A stretch of DNA of 57,469 nt, taken from positions 1-57,469 of the forward strand of contig CAITKI010000153.1 of NCBI GenBank assembly GCA_903892905.1. Reading direction: 5' to 3'. Numbering within the stretch: the first letter of the stretch is position 1; every line of letters begins with the position of its first letter. The notes under the pieces are model-generated. The model made no database searches and was not told the origin of the DNA. It was given only the letters and a program-made list of their open reading frames with translations. Both the position numbers and the translations under genes were made by a program. The stretch comes from an uncultured Candidatus Micrarchaeota archaeon (GTDB taxonomy: Archaea > Micrarchaeota > Micrarchaeia > Anstonellales > Anstonellaceae). This document shows positions 38,409 through 47,469 of this stretch, piece after piece.

Positions 38409-38861
38409 TCAGGGCCTGGCGCGCTTCGGCGGGTCCGATTTTTTCGCAAAGGGGCTTGTTGCCTTGACGGAATGCATGCCCTTGAAGTCCTTCACATTTT
38501 CAGTGATTATCTCGTAAATTCCATTTTCCTCAGCAGTCGCTGCAAGCAGGGCATCGAAGAAGTGAGTGCCGCCGCCGGAGCATATTGAGAGGGCGGCATC
38601 CACTGTTGCCGCCCCGTAGGATATGACACTGAACACTGAGGCTATCTCCGAAACGTGCCTTCTGGCTTCACCGTATGAAACTGGCGTTTTGGACTTTTCG
38701 GAAAGAACGCGCGAGAATTCGGCAAGGTTTTGCACGCTGACGGCGGCATTTCCCTCTTCCAGGAGGAGCCGTATCGCCTCCTTTGCCGCCATGTGCTTTT
38801 CCAGGTCGCTTTTCTCATATGCATAGACCAATATGCATGTGTCGACAAGCACGCTAGTCAT
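38409..38861 (-). CDS. vapC: PIN-domain VapC toxin
   Basis: LVDTCILVYA, QNLAEF, FFDALLAAT, TENVKDF. Confidence 0.88.
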   Translation of the reverse strand: MTSVLVDTCILVYAYEKSDLEKHMAAKEAIRLLLEEGNAAVSVQNLAEFSRVLSEKSKTPVSYGEARRHVSEIASVFSVISYGAATVDAALSICSGGGTHFFDALLAATAEENGIYEIITENVKDFKGMHSVKATSPFAKKSDPPKRARP

Positions 38862-39099
38862 AAAGCTCGCCCCGTTCGGAATATATCTTCCTGCCGCGCA
38901 GGCCCAAATCAACGCCTTTTTCCATTGAAGACAGCAGGCGTGCCACTGCCTTTTCCCTGCCCTCGTTTTGCCGAAGCGCGATGAGCGCGGCTGCCACTGT
39001 CTTGCTTATCGCGCCTTTCTTGGCCCCGAAGCGCTCAAGGGCGAACCGGCGCAGGAAGCCTTCATTTGAGTCGTCAAGTGAGATGAAGATGTTGCCCAT
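38854..39099 (-). CDS. Putative ribbon-helix-helix antitoxin
   Basis: 81 aa; MGNIFISLDD...KKGAISK; ends ERGELYD; overlaps the PIN gene. Confidence 0.7.
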   Translation of the reverse strand: MGNIFISLDDSNEGFLRRFALERFGAKKGAISKTVAAALIALRQNEGREKAVARLLSSMEKGVDLGLRGRKIYSERGELYD

Positions 39100-39119
39100 G
39101 AGACCACCATAAATATTTA

Positions 39120-39137
39120 TATATGGAAAACCATATA
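39120..39137. promoter_or_regulatory. Inverted repeat in the divergent TA/PHP promoter
   Basis: TATATGG-aaaa-CCATATA. Confidence 0.45.
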
Positions 39138-39172
39138 AACATATTCATTCTAAATATGGAAGAGGCAATTGC

Positions 39173-39847
39173 ATGATAAAAGCTGACCTGCACACCCACA
39201 CTATTTTCTCAAAGGATTCGCTGTCGCACGTGGAAGATGTGCTTGCCGCGGCAATGAAGCGCGGCATGGGCGCGATTGCAATCACGGACCATGACGGAAT
39301 TGAAGGCGCTATTGAAGCACAGAATATTGCGCGCAAGCGCAGGCTGCCGCTCCAGGTGATCGTGGGCGAGGAAGTGAGGACGGACGATGGCGACTTGCTT
39401 GCTTATTTCGTGAAGGAAAGGATAGCGCCGGGAAAACTGTCTGACGTTCTTGCAGAGGTGAAAAAACAGAAGGCAGTGTGCTCTGCTGCGCACCCGTATG
39501 ATACGGTAAGGCACGGCATAGATTTGCAGGGGCTTGCGCCAGGCGTTTTGGGGAAGATTGGCGCAGTGGAAGTGCTCAATGCGCGCGTGATGGAAGCCTC
39601 GCAGAATGCGCGCGCCATGGGTTTTGCGCTCAAGAACAGGAAGGCACTTTTGGCGGGAAGCGATGCGCACCACCCATCAGAAGTTGGCGCAGCCTATGTT
39701 GAGTTTTATGGCGTGTCTGCGCTTGGCGCCCACTCTCTTTTGCACGCGCAAAGGAAAATCGGGGGGAAACGCTCGCCCCCGTCCGTGCGCTTTTACTCAA
39801 GATATGCGGTTCTTAGGAAAAAGCTTGCGAAGCTTTTCCAGCCGTGA
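39173..39847 (+). CDS. PHP-domain metal-dependent phosphoesterase
   Basis: DLHTHT..S.D, AITDHD, GEEV, AHPY, GSDAH. Confidence 0.9.
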   Translation: MIKADLHTHTIFSKDSLSHVEDVLAAAMKRGMGAIAITDHDGIEGAIEAQNIARKRRLPLQVIVGEEVRTDDGDLLAYFVKERIAPGKLSDVLAEVKKQKAVCSAAHPYDTVRHGIDLQGLAPGVLGKIGAVEVLNARVMEASQNARAMGFALKNRKALLAGSDAHHPSEVGAAYVEFYGVSALGAHSLLHAQRKIGGKRSPPSVRFYSRYAVLRKKLAKLFQP

Positions 39848-39966
39848 GACAGGGCTTATAGCAAACCAAAATGGCATTTGCAGGCGTGGTTTGCTAGGTA
39901 GCAGAGCCGGAAATTAGGCTCTGCTATAAATAGTTTCCCAGGGAATCCATTGCGGGAAGTGGAAAC

Positions 39967-40644
39967 ATGCTGCCAAAGCACATTGCAATCATACCTGACG
40001 GCAACCGCAGGTGGGCAAGGAAGAACAGGAAAACCATCCCCTATGCCTACAACAAGGGAATTGAGCATATTGGAGATGTCCTCAAATGGTGCCGCAAGCA
40101 CAGGATAAAAAAACTCACCATGTGGGGCTTCTCCACCGAGAACTTCATGCGCGACCGCGATGAGGTGAAGAACCTGTTTTCGCTTTTCAACCAGAAGCTT
40201 GCCGAAGGGCTCAAGGAGGACTACAAGAAATACGGCGTGAGCGTGCACTTCCGGGGCTCGCTGTCCTCGCTTCCGAAAGACATTGTGGAGAAGATGAGGA
40301 AGGTGGAGCGCGACACTGCCAAGAACGGCAAGTACGAGCTCAATCTCATGCTTGCCTATGGCGGAAGGCAGGAGCTGCTTGACGCGGTGAATGCCGCGCT
40401 TGCGCGCCACCTGCGCAAGGTGGATGAGAAAACATTTTCCAAGCTGCTCTACACAGGCGGCTGGAAAGACCCTGACCTTGTCATCAGGACATCGGGCGAG
40501 GTCCGCACCAGCGGCTTCTTGCCCTGGCAGTCTGCCTACTCAGAGTATTACTTTTCCAAAAAGCTCTGGCCTGATTTTGGAGCGGTTGACTTCAAGCTTG
40601 CGCTCAATGAATTCGCGCGCAGGAGAAGGAAATACGGGAAGTAG
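39967..40644 (+). CDS. uppS: cis-prenyltransferase (undecaprenyl/dolichyl diphosphate synthase)
   Basis: HIAIIPDGNRRWA, FSTEN, YGGRQE, DLVIRTSGE.R.SGFL.WQ. Confidence 0.93.
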   Translation: MLPKHIAIIPDGNRRWARKNRKTIPYAYNKGIEHIGDVLKWCRKHRIKKLTMWGFSTENFMRDRDEVKNLFSLFNQKLAEGLKEDYKKYGVSVHFRGSLSSLPKDIVEKMRKVERDTAKNGKYELNLMLAYGGRQELLDAVNAALARHLRKVDEKTFSKLLYTGGWKDPDLVIRTSGEVRTSGFLPWQSAYSEYYFSKKLWPDFGAVDFKLALNEFARRRRKYGK

Positions 40645-40652
40645 GGGCTTGT

Positions 40653-41018
40653 ATGCACGAAATTGAGAACATTGCAAAAAAGAAGCGCGTGAAGGCAGGC
40701 TTGGAAATAGCCGACACTGACTTTGCGCGCATGCGGGGGCTCATGTTCCGCGACGAGATTGTGCCCATATTGTTTGTTTTCGGCTATGACGGCATCTTTT
40801 CCATCCATTCCTACTTCGTGAAAAAGGAGTTTGATGCTGTCTACCTCGCGGCAGATGGCAAGGTGAACGAAGTTTACCGCCGCGTCAAGCCGAACACCGC
40901 GCTTGTCCGCCCAAAAAAGAAATCATCCTTCCTTCTTGAGTTGCCAATGAAGATGACCGATGCGCTCTGCATTGAAGAAGGAGATGTGCTGCGCTGGAAA
41001 CGAGTGGGTGATGGGTGA
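40653..41018 (+). CDS. DUF192-family protein
   Basis: EIADT..ARMRGLMFR, IHSYFV, LELP. Confidence 0.75.
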   Translation: MHEIENIAKKKRVKAGLEIADTDFARMRGLMFRDEIVPILFVFGYDGIFSIHSYFVKKEFDAVYLAADGKVNEVYRRVKPNTALVRPKKKSSFLLELPMKMTDALCIEEGDVLRWKRVGDG

Positions 41019-42369
41019 GCATATGGAAAACCTTGGCTGGAAGCTTGGGGATTGGAGAGCGGACTATAAGACCGGGCTCCGAAAGCTTTCGGCTGAGGAA
41101 GAGGAATTGGTTGCCTCGGTCGCTTCGCGAATACGGGAAAAGGCGCAAAAATCCGAGGACAGCCCCCAGCTGGTGAAGCGCTTTCTTTTAGAAGAGTGCG
41201 AGGAGCAGGGAATCTCGATTGATGAAGAGCAGGAGGAATACCTTTGCCGCACCATCCTGCTCCAGACATTCGGCAGCGGCTTTTTGCAGCCCCTTCTTTC
41301 CGACCCGCAACTCGAGGAAATCGCAGTGGTAGGAATCGGGCAGCCTGTTTTCGTTTTTGTGCGCGGCAAGGGATGGAAAAAAACCGATGTTGCAGTGACG
41401 AATGCGGATTATTTCGTGGCGCTTGTGAACAGGCTTGGCAGGGGCTTGGGAAGGAGACTGACCGCGCAGCAGCCACGCATGAACGCGGTGCTTGAGGACG
41501 GACAGCGCCTGCACGCATCCATGCCGCCAATCTCGCCGTGCGAGCTTACCATACGCAAATTCAGCGAGCAGCCGCTCTCGCCTTTTGACCTGCTAACGCT
41601 AGGCACTTATGACGCGAAAATGCTTTCTCTCCTCTCGCTTTGCCTCCAGGCAGACCTGCCTGTGCTTGTTGCAGGCAACACTGCAAGCGGCAAAACAACT
41701 ACGCTCAACGCGCTCCTTTGCTTTGTGCCTGCAAGCGAAAGGCTGCTTCTCATTGAGGAAACTCCTGAGCTTCGCCTGCCGCATCCGCACCAAGTAAGGC
41801 TGCTGCCATTTGAGGAAAGCGGCATTGGCATGGCGGAGTTGGTGAGGGATTCGCTCCGCATGAGGCCAGACAGGGTGGTGGTGGGCGAGGTGCGCACGCC
41901 GCCAGAGGTGCGTGCGCTGGTGGAATCCGCGCTTTCCGGGCAGGCAAAGGGGTGCTATGCCACCTTCCACGCGCAAAGCTCGCGCGATGCACTCCTGCGC
42001 ATGAGGGCGATGGGCTGCCTGGAGGCTGACCTGGAAGGGATTGAAGTATTCATCGTGCAGAGGCGCACTTCTGTTTACAGCGCCAAGAAACGCAAGATGT
42101 CCGAGGCGCGCAGGGTCACTGAGATTGCGGTTGCAAATGCAGCAGATGTGATGCGCCCCATTGCAGCTTATGATGGTAGGAAATATTCGCCTGCTGGCAT
42201 GAAGATGCTTTTGGAAAAAATCGCGCAAGGAACCGGCATGAATGCACGGGAAGTGGCAGGGGAAATGAAGGCGCGAGAGAAATTTTTTGCAAAGGGAAAG
42301 AAACAGCATGGATTTGAAAGCGCATTTGCAGACATACAGAAACACTTGTATGGAGGTTCTGGCACATGA
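41011..42369 (+). CDS. Type II/IV secretion or pilus assembly ATPase (TadA/CpaF/VirB11-like)
   Basis: Walker A GNTASGKTT, IEETPEL, LRMRPDRVVVGEVR, TFHA. Confidence 0.88.
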   Translation: MGEHMENLGWKLGDWRADYKTGLRKLSAEEEELVASVASRIREKAQKSEDSPQLVKRFLLEECEEQGISIDEEQEEYLCRTILLQTFGSGFLQPLLSDPQLEEIAVVGIGQPVFVFVRGKGWKKTDVAVTNADYFVALVNRLGRGLGRRLTAQQPRMNAVLEDGQRLHASMPPISPCELTIRKFSEQPLSPFDLLTLGTYDAKMLSLLSLCLQADLPVLVAGNTASGKTTTLNALLCFVPASERLLLIEETPELRLPHPHQVRLLPFEESGIGMAELVRDSLRMRPDRVVVGEVRTPPEVRALVESALSGQAKGCYATFHAQSSRDALLRMRAMGCLEADLEGIEVFIVQRRTSVYSAKKRKMSEARRVTEIAVANAADVMRPIAAYDGRKYSPAGMKMLLEKIAQGTGMNAREVAGEMKAREKFFAKGKKQHGFESAFADIQKHLYGGSGT

Positions 42370-44060
42370 GCATTGCCCGGCTTGTGGAAAATATGTGCAA
42401 CTTTCCAATTAAGCTGAGATTTTCTGGCAAATCCGAGCAGGGCGTGCGCGCTGCATTTGCCCGCGCTGCGATTGATTGTGAAAGCGTGCCAGGCTATCTT
42501 TCATTCTCACTGTTTGCCGCCCTTGCCATCTGCGTGGTGCTTGGCACGGCAAGCAGCCTGCTTTTTTCAGACATGATTTTATCTGCAGGCATCTTTCTTT
42601 TCTCATTCGGCATTCTCTTCCTTTTCATGCTCAAGCTGCCATCCATCCTTGCCTCGCGGCGCGAGAAGATGATGGAGTCCGAGTTGCCTTATCTTTTGCG
42701 CGAGCTTGCCATCTACATCGACATTGGCCTTCCGTTCGAGAAATGCATTGCAAGGCTTGCGGGCGGGAAGTATGAGCTTGCGCGCGAGTTTACTGCTGCC
42801 AGGGGCGAAATAGCATCGGGCGCATCAGTACAGTCAGCTTTTGCTCGCTTGTCCTCCGCCACCGGCTCGCTTGCCCTCAAGCGAAGCCTGCTTCTTCTTT
42901 CCACGATTTATGAAACAGGCAAGGGCACTGAGCCGTTGCGCAGGATGGCGGATGAGCTGTCGGCAGCACAGATTTCAGAGATGCGCGCACAAGCTGGAAA
43001 GTTTTCCCTGCTTGCAATTGCTTTCATTGCCGTCTCTGCGCTAATCCCGTCTTTTTTCGCGGTTTTTGCCGCTGTTTCGCCCCTTGTGCTGCCCGAGCCT
43101 GTGCAGCAGTGGCAAGTCTGGCTTGCCTTCCTGCTGGTGTTCCCTGCGCTGGATGCGGCTGCGCTTGGCGCCATGTTCCTGTTGCTGCCTCCTGTGAAAA
43201 ACGAGGGAGCAGCAGGTACACTGGACGAGTATTTGAAAAGCAAGGGCATTCGCGCTGATGGCAGGAAATTCGCAGTTGCACTCGCAGCGCTCTCGCTTGC
43301 GCTTGCAGGCGTTTCGCTTGCAGCAGGCAGCATTATGCTCGCATTCCTGTCAATCTGCATAGGGCCTGCGATTTACTCGCTTGCAGTGTATTTTTCAGAG
43401 GTGGAAATGAAGCGAGCTGAGATGCTGCTGCCTGACGCGCTTTACACTGCAGCCTCCACGCACAAGCTGTTGTCAGCTGAGAAAATGCTTTCTTTGCTTG
43501 CAAAAGGAGGGTTCGGTAGGGTCTCCGATGCATTTGCACTGGCGCTTGCAAGGCAAAAAGCTGGCGACAGCTTCCAGTCTTCTATGCAAGCTGCTGCGCG
43601 ATACTGCCCCACACCCCTTGCCAGCCGCGCGTTCTCGCTCATCATAGTTGCTTATGAAACAGGCGCAGACATGTACTCTGCGCTTCGCGAGTGTGCGCAG
43701 GATGTGGTTTCCTTTTTCGCGCTCCTGCGTGAGCGCGCGGCGCTTTTGTCCATCCAGCGCTACACCGTGCTTGCTTCATCCGCGCTCCTGGTGCCAATAA
43801 TCCTAGGAACAGTGGTGTTTCTCGCGCCCACGCTTTCCGGAGCATCAGTAGTAGGAAGCGCAGCGCCTGATGCCGCGCTCCTTTCCACCCTCGCGCTAGC
43901 CTGCCAAATTTACCTAGTGCTCAATGCCGCGCTTTCCGCGCTCCTCCTTTCGCTTTCAGAATCAAACCCCGCGCGCGCAGCGCTTTACTTTGCCATTTGC
44001 GCACCAATGTCGCTCATTTTCTTCTCGGTGGCAAGCTCAAGCGCGCTTGCGCTAGGGTAG
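42366..44060 (+). CDS. Type II secretion system F / TadC-like membrane platform (two domains)
   Basis: ESELPYLLR...GLPFE and LPDAL...AYETGAD repeats; ATGA-coupled to the ATPase. Confidence 0.82.
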   Translation: MSIARLVENMCNFPIKLRFSGKSEQGVRAAFARAAIDCESVPGYLSFSLFAALAICVVLGTASSLLFSDMILSAGIFLFSFGILFLFMLKLPSILASRREKMMESELPYLLRELAIYIDIGLPFEKCIARLAGGKYELAREFTAARGEIASGASVQSAFARLSSATGSLALKRSLLLLSTIYETGKGTEPLRRMADELSAAQISEMRAQAGKFSLLAIAFIAVSALIPSFFAVFAAVSPLVLPEPVQQWQVWLAFLLVFPALDAAALGAMFLLLPPVKNEGAAGTLDEYLKSKGIRADGRKFAVALAALSLALAGVSLAAGSIMLAFLSICIGPAIYSLAVYFSEVEMKRAEMLLPDALYTAASTHKLLSAEKMLSLLAKGGFGRVSDAFALALARQKAGDSFQSSMQAAARYCPTPLASRAFSLIIVAYETGADMYSALRECAQDVVSFFALLRERAALLSIQRYTVLASSALLVPIILGTVVFLAPTLSGASVVGSAAPDAALLSTLALACQIYLVLNAALSALLLSLSESNPARAALYFAICAPMSLIFFSVASSSALALG

Positions 44061-44150
44061 ATGGTATTTCCACTGGCATGCTACCCTGCGAGTGTTTATA
44101 TATTCTGAAAAGTGCAGGGCAAGCATGCAGACCAGATGTCCCAAAGCCTT

Positions 44151-44188
44151 TTATTCATTTATGGATAATACTATTCACTTTTGGATAA
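44151..44188. promoter_or_regulatory. Tandem imperfect palindromes, putative operator of the HTH-MNT/HEPN module
   Basis: TTATTCA-ttta-TGGATAA and CTATTCA-cttt-TGGATAA, 20 bp apart, just before SD GGTGAT. Confidence 0.6.
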
Positions 44189-44196
44189 GTGGTGAT

Positions 44197-44730
44197 ATGG
44201 AAGCTATAGAACTCGTGAAGAACAGGGGCGCGCGGCAGATGCTTGAGACGCTGCTGAAATTCCCAAGCAGACAATTCACCATAAACGAGCTTGCGCGCGA
44301 GGCTAAGGTGCCTTTTGCATCAGCCTGGCGGTTGGTGAAAAAATGGGAGATGGCAGGCATAATAGAAACCGGAAGGGTGGGCAGCGGTGTGACAGTGAAG
44401 CTGCGCAAATCCGAGTATCTTGATGCCGTATCTTCCCTCCTGAAAATAAGCGTAAGCCCGCAGGTGTTCACCGCAAATGCAGTTGGAGACTTGCTTGCAA
44501 AAGAGAAGGGAGTGAAGGAAGCATACCTGTTTGGCAGCGTGGCAAGTGGGAAGGAAAAGCCTGCAAGCGACGTAGATGTTGCACTGCTGGCTCAGAAAGG
44601 CTTCAATGCAAATGGACTGGTATTTGGTATCTATGAAAAATACGGGACAAAGCTTGTGCCGCTTGCCTTTTCCAGCAAAAAGGAGCTTGATGCATTCATG
44701 GAAGGCAAGGAATCGAGGCGGTTGAAATGA
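44197..44730 (+). CDS. HTH-fused minimal nucleotidyltransferase (MNT antitoxin)
   Basis: HTH (TINELAREAKVPFASAWRLV) plus GS-X10-DVD. Confidence 0.82.
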   Translation: MEAIELVKNRGARQMLETLLKFPSRQFTINELAREAKVPFASAWRLVKKWEMAGIIETGRVGSGVTVKLRKSEYLDAVSSLLKISVSPQVFTANAVGDLLAKEKGVKEAYLFGSVASGKEKPASDVDVALLAQKGFNANGLVFGIYEKYGTKLVPLAFSSKKELDAFMEGKESRRLK

Positions 44731-45125
44731 ACGACACTTTTGAGAGAGCTTATGCAGAGGCTGAAGGCTGGCTTGCCTCGGCAAAGCACGGCTTGGTTGA
44801 GGCGGAAGATGAAGAAGCGCGCGCCAATGTCTGCTGCGCACAGGCAATCCATGCGATAATACGCGCCAATGATGCCCTTTCGCTGAAATTCCTCAGCCAC
44901 AAGCCAACGCGCCACGACGATGCGGCAGTGGTGTTCGCAAAGCTTGACAAAGACGGCAAGCTGCCGGAAGGCGCCGCGCGCTTCGGGAATTTGGTGGCAG
45001 ACGCAATGAGGGACAAGAGCGGCGCAGACTACGGGAAAAGCTCGTTCTCATTTGAGCGCGCGCAGGAATACGCCGAGAAGACGGAGGAGTTCCTTGCAAT
45101 GGTGAAAAGCGCGCTGAATATCTAA
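44727..45125 (+). CDS. HEPN-domain protein
   Basis: All-helical HEPN pattern AEGWLASA...QAIHA...TRHDD...KSGADY; ATGA-coupled to the MNT. Confidence 0.78.
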   Translation: MNDTFERAYAEAEGWLASAKHGLVEAEDEEARANVCCAQAIHAIIRANDALSLKFLSHKPTRHDDAAVVFAKLDKDGKLPEGAARFGNLVADAMRDKSGADYGKSSFSFERAQEYAEKTEEFLAMVKSALNI

Positions 45126-45158
45126 ACAACCAGCAAAAATGCTGTGGCTAAGGGAAGT

Positions 45159-45180
45159 AAAAAACAAAAGAAAGAAAAAA
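45159..45180 (-). terminator. U-rich archaeal terminator of the thermosome gene
   Basis: Long T-tracts on the minus strand right after the stop codon. Confidence 0.5.
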
Positions 45181-45186
45181 GAAGGC

Positions 45187-46839
45187 TCAGTAGTCTCCGC
45201 CCATTCCGCCGCCCATGCCGCCTGGGCCGCCCGGAGGCATGCCGCCGGACTTGCCCTTGGAGGCAATCATGTCGTCGATGCGGAGCAGCATTTTCGCCGC
45301 TTCGTAGGCGGATGCGATTGCCTGGGTCTTGACCTTGAGGGGCTCGTACACGCCAAGCGCCTTCATGTCCGCAGTGGTGCCTGCGTAGACGTCCACGCCG
45401 AAGTGCGCGCCGTCCTCCTTCTTGTGCTTGGCGCGCAAGCTAACGAGCGCGTCAATTGCATCCATGCCTGCATTCTCTGCAAGCGTGCGCGGCACTGTCT
45501 CCAGCGCCTCTGCGAATGCGTGGATTGCAAGCTGCTCCCTTCCGCCGATTTCAGTGGCGTACTTGCCAAGCTGGATGGAAAGCTCAAGCTCTGTGGAGCC
45601 GCCGCCTGTCACATACCTGCCGTCCTCGACGGCGGATGACACTGCGCCGATTGCATCCACCAAGGCGCGCTCGCCTTCCGAGACCACGTGCTCTGTACTT
45701 GCGCGGACGAATATTGTCACTGACTTTGCGTCCTTGCAGTTCTCCACAAACACCATCTTCTCGCCTGAAATTGACTTCTCGTTCACGTCGCCTGCAAATC
45801 CGAGGTCCTTTGCCGACAAGTCGTCAAGCGTGGTCGCCACCTTGGCCCCAGTTGCGCGCTGCAGCTTCTCCATGTCGGACTTCTTCACACGGCGCACCGC
45901 GGAAATGCCCTTCTTGTTGAGGTAATGCTGCGCCACGTCGTCAATACCTTTCTGGCAGAATACGACATTCGCGCCTGTTGCAGCGATTTTCTCCACCATG
46001 TCCTTTAGCATCTTTTCCTCCTGCGCGAGGAACGCCTGCATCTGGTCGGGAGAAGTTATCTCGATCTTTGCGTCAATTTCGGTCTTCTCTATCTCAAGCG
46101 CGCAGTCGATGAGCGCAATCTTTGCGTTCTTGATGTTCTTCGGCATGCTCTGGTGCACGATTTCCTTGTCCACCAGCACGCCGGAGATGAGCGCGGTGTC
46201 GTTGATGTCGCCGCCCGCCTTCTTCTCGATCTTGATGAGCTCGTGGTCGACGACATACGTGTCGCCGCGCTTGTCCACCACCTGGGTGACTGCCTGCACA
46301 ACGAGCTTTGCGAGCCTGTCCTTGGATGCGCCCACGCCGATGGACTTGGAGCCCATTGCGATTGATGCGATTTTCTCAAGCGTCGCAGTGTCCTTGATGT
46401 CCACCTTGGTGGCAAGCTTTGCAAGTATTTCGCTTGACTTCTTTGCGGCAAGGTCGTAGCCTTTCACAATCGTGGAGGCGTGGATGTCCTGGTCAAGCAA
46501 GTCGCCTGCTTTCTTGAGGAGCATGCCTGATAGCATGACTGCAGTCGTGGTGCCGTCGCCCACTTCCTTGTCCTGCGTCTTGGCGATTTCCACCATTATC
46601 TTTGCAGCTGGGTGCTCCACATTCATTTCCTCGAGGATGGTCGCACCGTCGTTTGTGATGACGATGTCGCCAAGCTCGGAGACCAGCATCTTGTCCATTC
46701 CCTTGGGGCCAAGCGTGGTGCGCACGATGTTCGCCACCGCGTAAGCCACTGCAATGTTGGTGCGCTGCGCGTCCCTGCCCAATATGCGGTTGCTGCCCTC
46801 GGGCATAACCATGACTTGTTGTCCGTCCATCTTTGCCAT
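45187..46839 (-). CDS. ths: Thermosome (group II chaperonin) subunit
   Basis: [28 protein letters not shown]-rich tail. Confidence 0.96.
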   Translation of the reverse strand: MAKMDGQQVMVMPEGSNRILGRDAQRTNIAVAYAVANIVRTTLGPKGMDKMLVSELGDIVITNDGATILEEMNVEHPAAKIMVEIAKTQDKEVGDGTTTAVMLSGMLLKKAGDLLDQDIHASTIVKGYDLAAKKSSEILAKLATKVDIKDTATLEKIASIAMGSKSIGVGASKDRLAKLVVQAVTQVVDKRGDTYVVDHELIKIEKKAGGDINDTALISGVLVDKEIVHQSMPKNIKNAKIALIDCALEIEKTEIDAKIEITSPDQMQAFLAQEEKMLKDMVEKIAATGANVVFCQKGIDDVAQHYLNKKGISAVRRVKKSDMEKLQRATGAKVATTLDDLSAKDLGFAGDVNEKSISGEKMVFVENCKDAKSVTIFVRASTEHVVSEGERALVDAIGAVSSAVEDGRYVTGGGSTELELSIQLGKYATEIGGREQLAIHAFAEALETVPRTLAENAGMDAIDALVSLRAKHKKEDGAHFGVDVYAGTTADMKALGVYEPLKVKTQAIASAYEAAKMLLRIDDMIASKGKSGGMPPGGPGGMGGGMGGDY

Positions 46840-46941
46840 TAATACCACCTCGGTAAATATTTGCCTGAAAATTGGAGACGTGGAAAAATAAAAGTGAAAA
46901 TGCGCGGCAATGCCGCGCTGATGCCTGGCTGGCTCGGAAAA

Positions 46942-47229
46942 TTACTGCTTCTCTATTTTTCCGTTCCTGCCTGCGGAGATGCGCAACTGGCCCTTGTACT
47001 CGGAGACCCAGCCGTCGGTGATCTTCACCTTGTCGCCCTGCGCAAACTTGTCAGCGTCATCATTCCAAAGCGAGAGCACTATCTCGCCGGAGTCGTCCTT
47101 GAGGTTCGCGGATGCCACGCGCAGGCGCTTGCCGAATTTGCCCATGACGTCGCGGGGCTCTTCCATGCTCACGATTTCAGCCTCTATGTTGGCATTGCCA
47201 ACGCCTGACTTGAGTTCGCTTATCTTCAT
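46942..47229 (-). CDS. Single-OB-fold ssDNA-binding protein (SSB/RPA-like)
   Basis: MKISELK...LKDDSGEIVLSLWN...GWVSEYKG. Confidence 0.85.
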   Translation of the reverse strand: MKISELKSGVGNANIEAEIVSMEEPRDVMGKFGKRLRVASANLKDDSGEIVLSLWNDDADKFAQGDKVKITDGWVSEYKGQLRISAGRNGKIEKQ

Positions 47230-47469
47230 CAAACCATCTCCACAAGCGCGTACATTACTATTGCATACATATATGCATAGAAAGCGCGAATGAGGGTTAA
47301 ATTGGAAAGGGTATTAAATCCTTTCCCTGCTCCGAACGCGCGTGCGCGCACGCGCGAGGGCCGCGGTTTGGGGGCAAGGGCTGGCAAAGCCTGTAGACAG
47401 GCTTTGACTGCATTCGGAGGGCGCCAGCCCTACGAATATAATAAAAACCCGTGCGCGCGAAATCCCCTC

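Noticed and set aside
41078..41091. 14-bp palindrome CCGAAAGCTTTCGG in the ATPase gene
   Set aside because: Isolated, no flanking repeat, and no sign of extra residues in the protein.
47290..47469. 60-aa N-terminal extension of the NFACT ORF
   Set aside because: Translates palindromic intergenic DNA; a TATA-like box just before ATG 47470 supports the shorter start.
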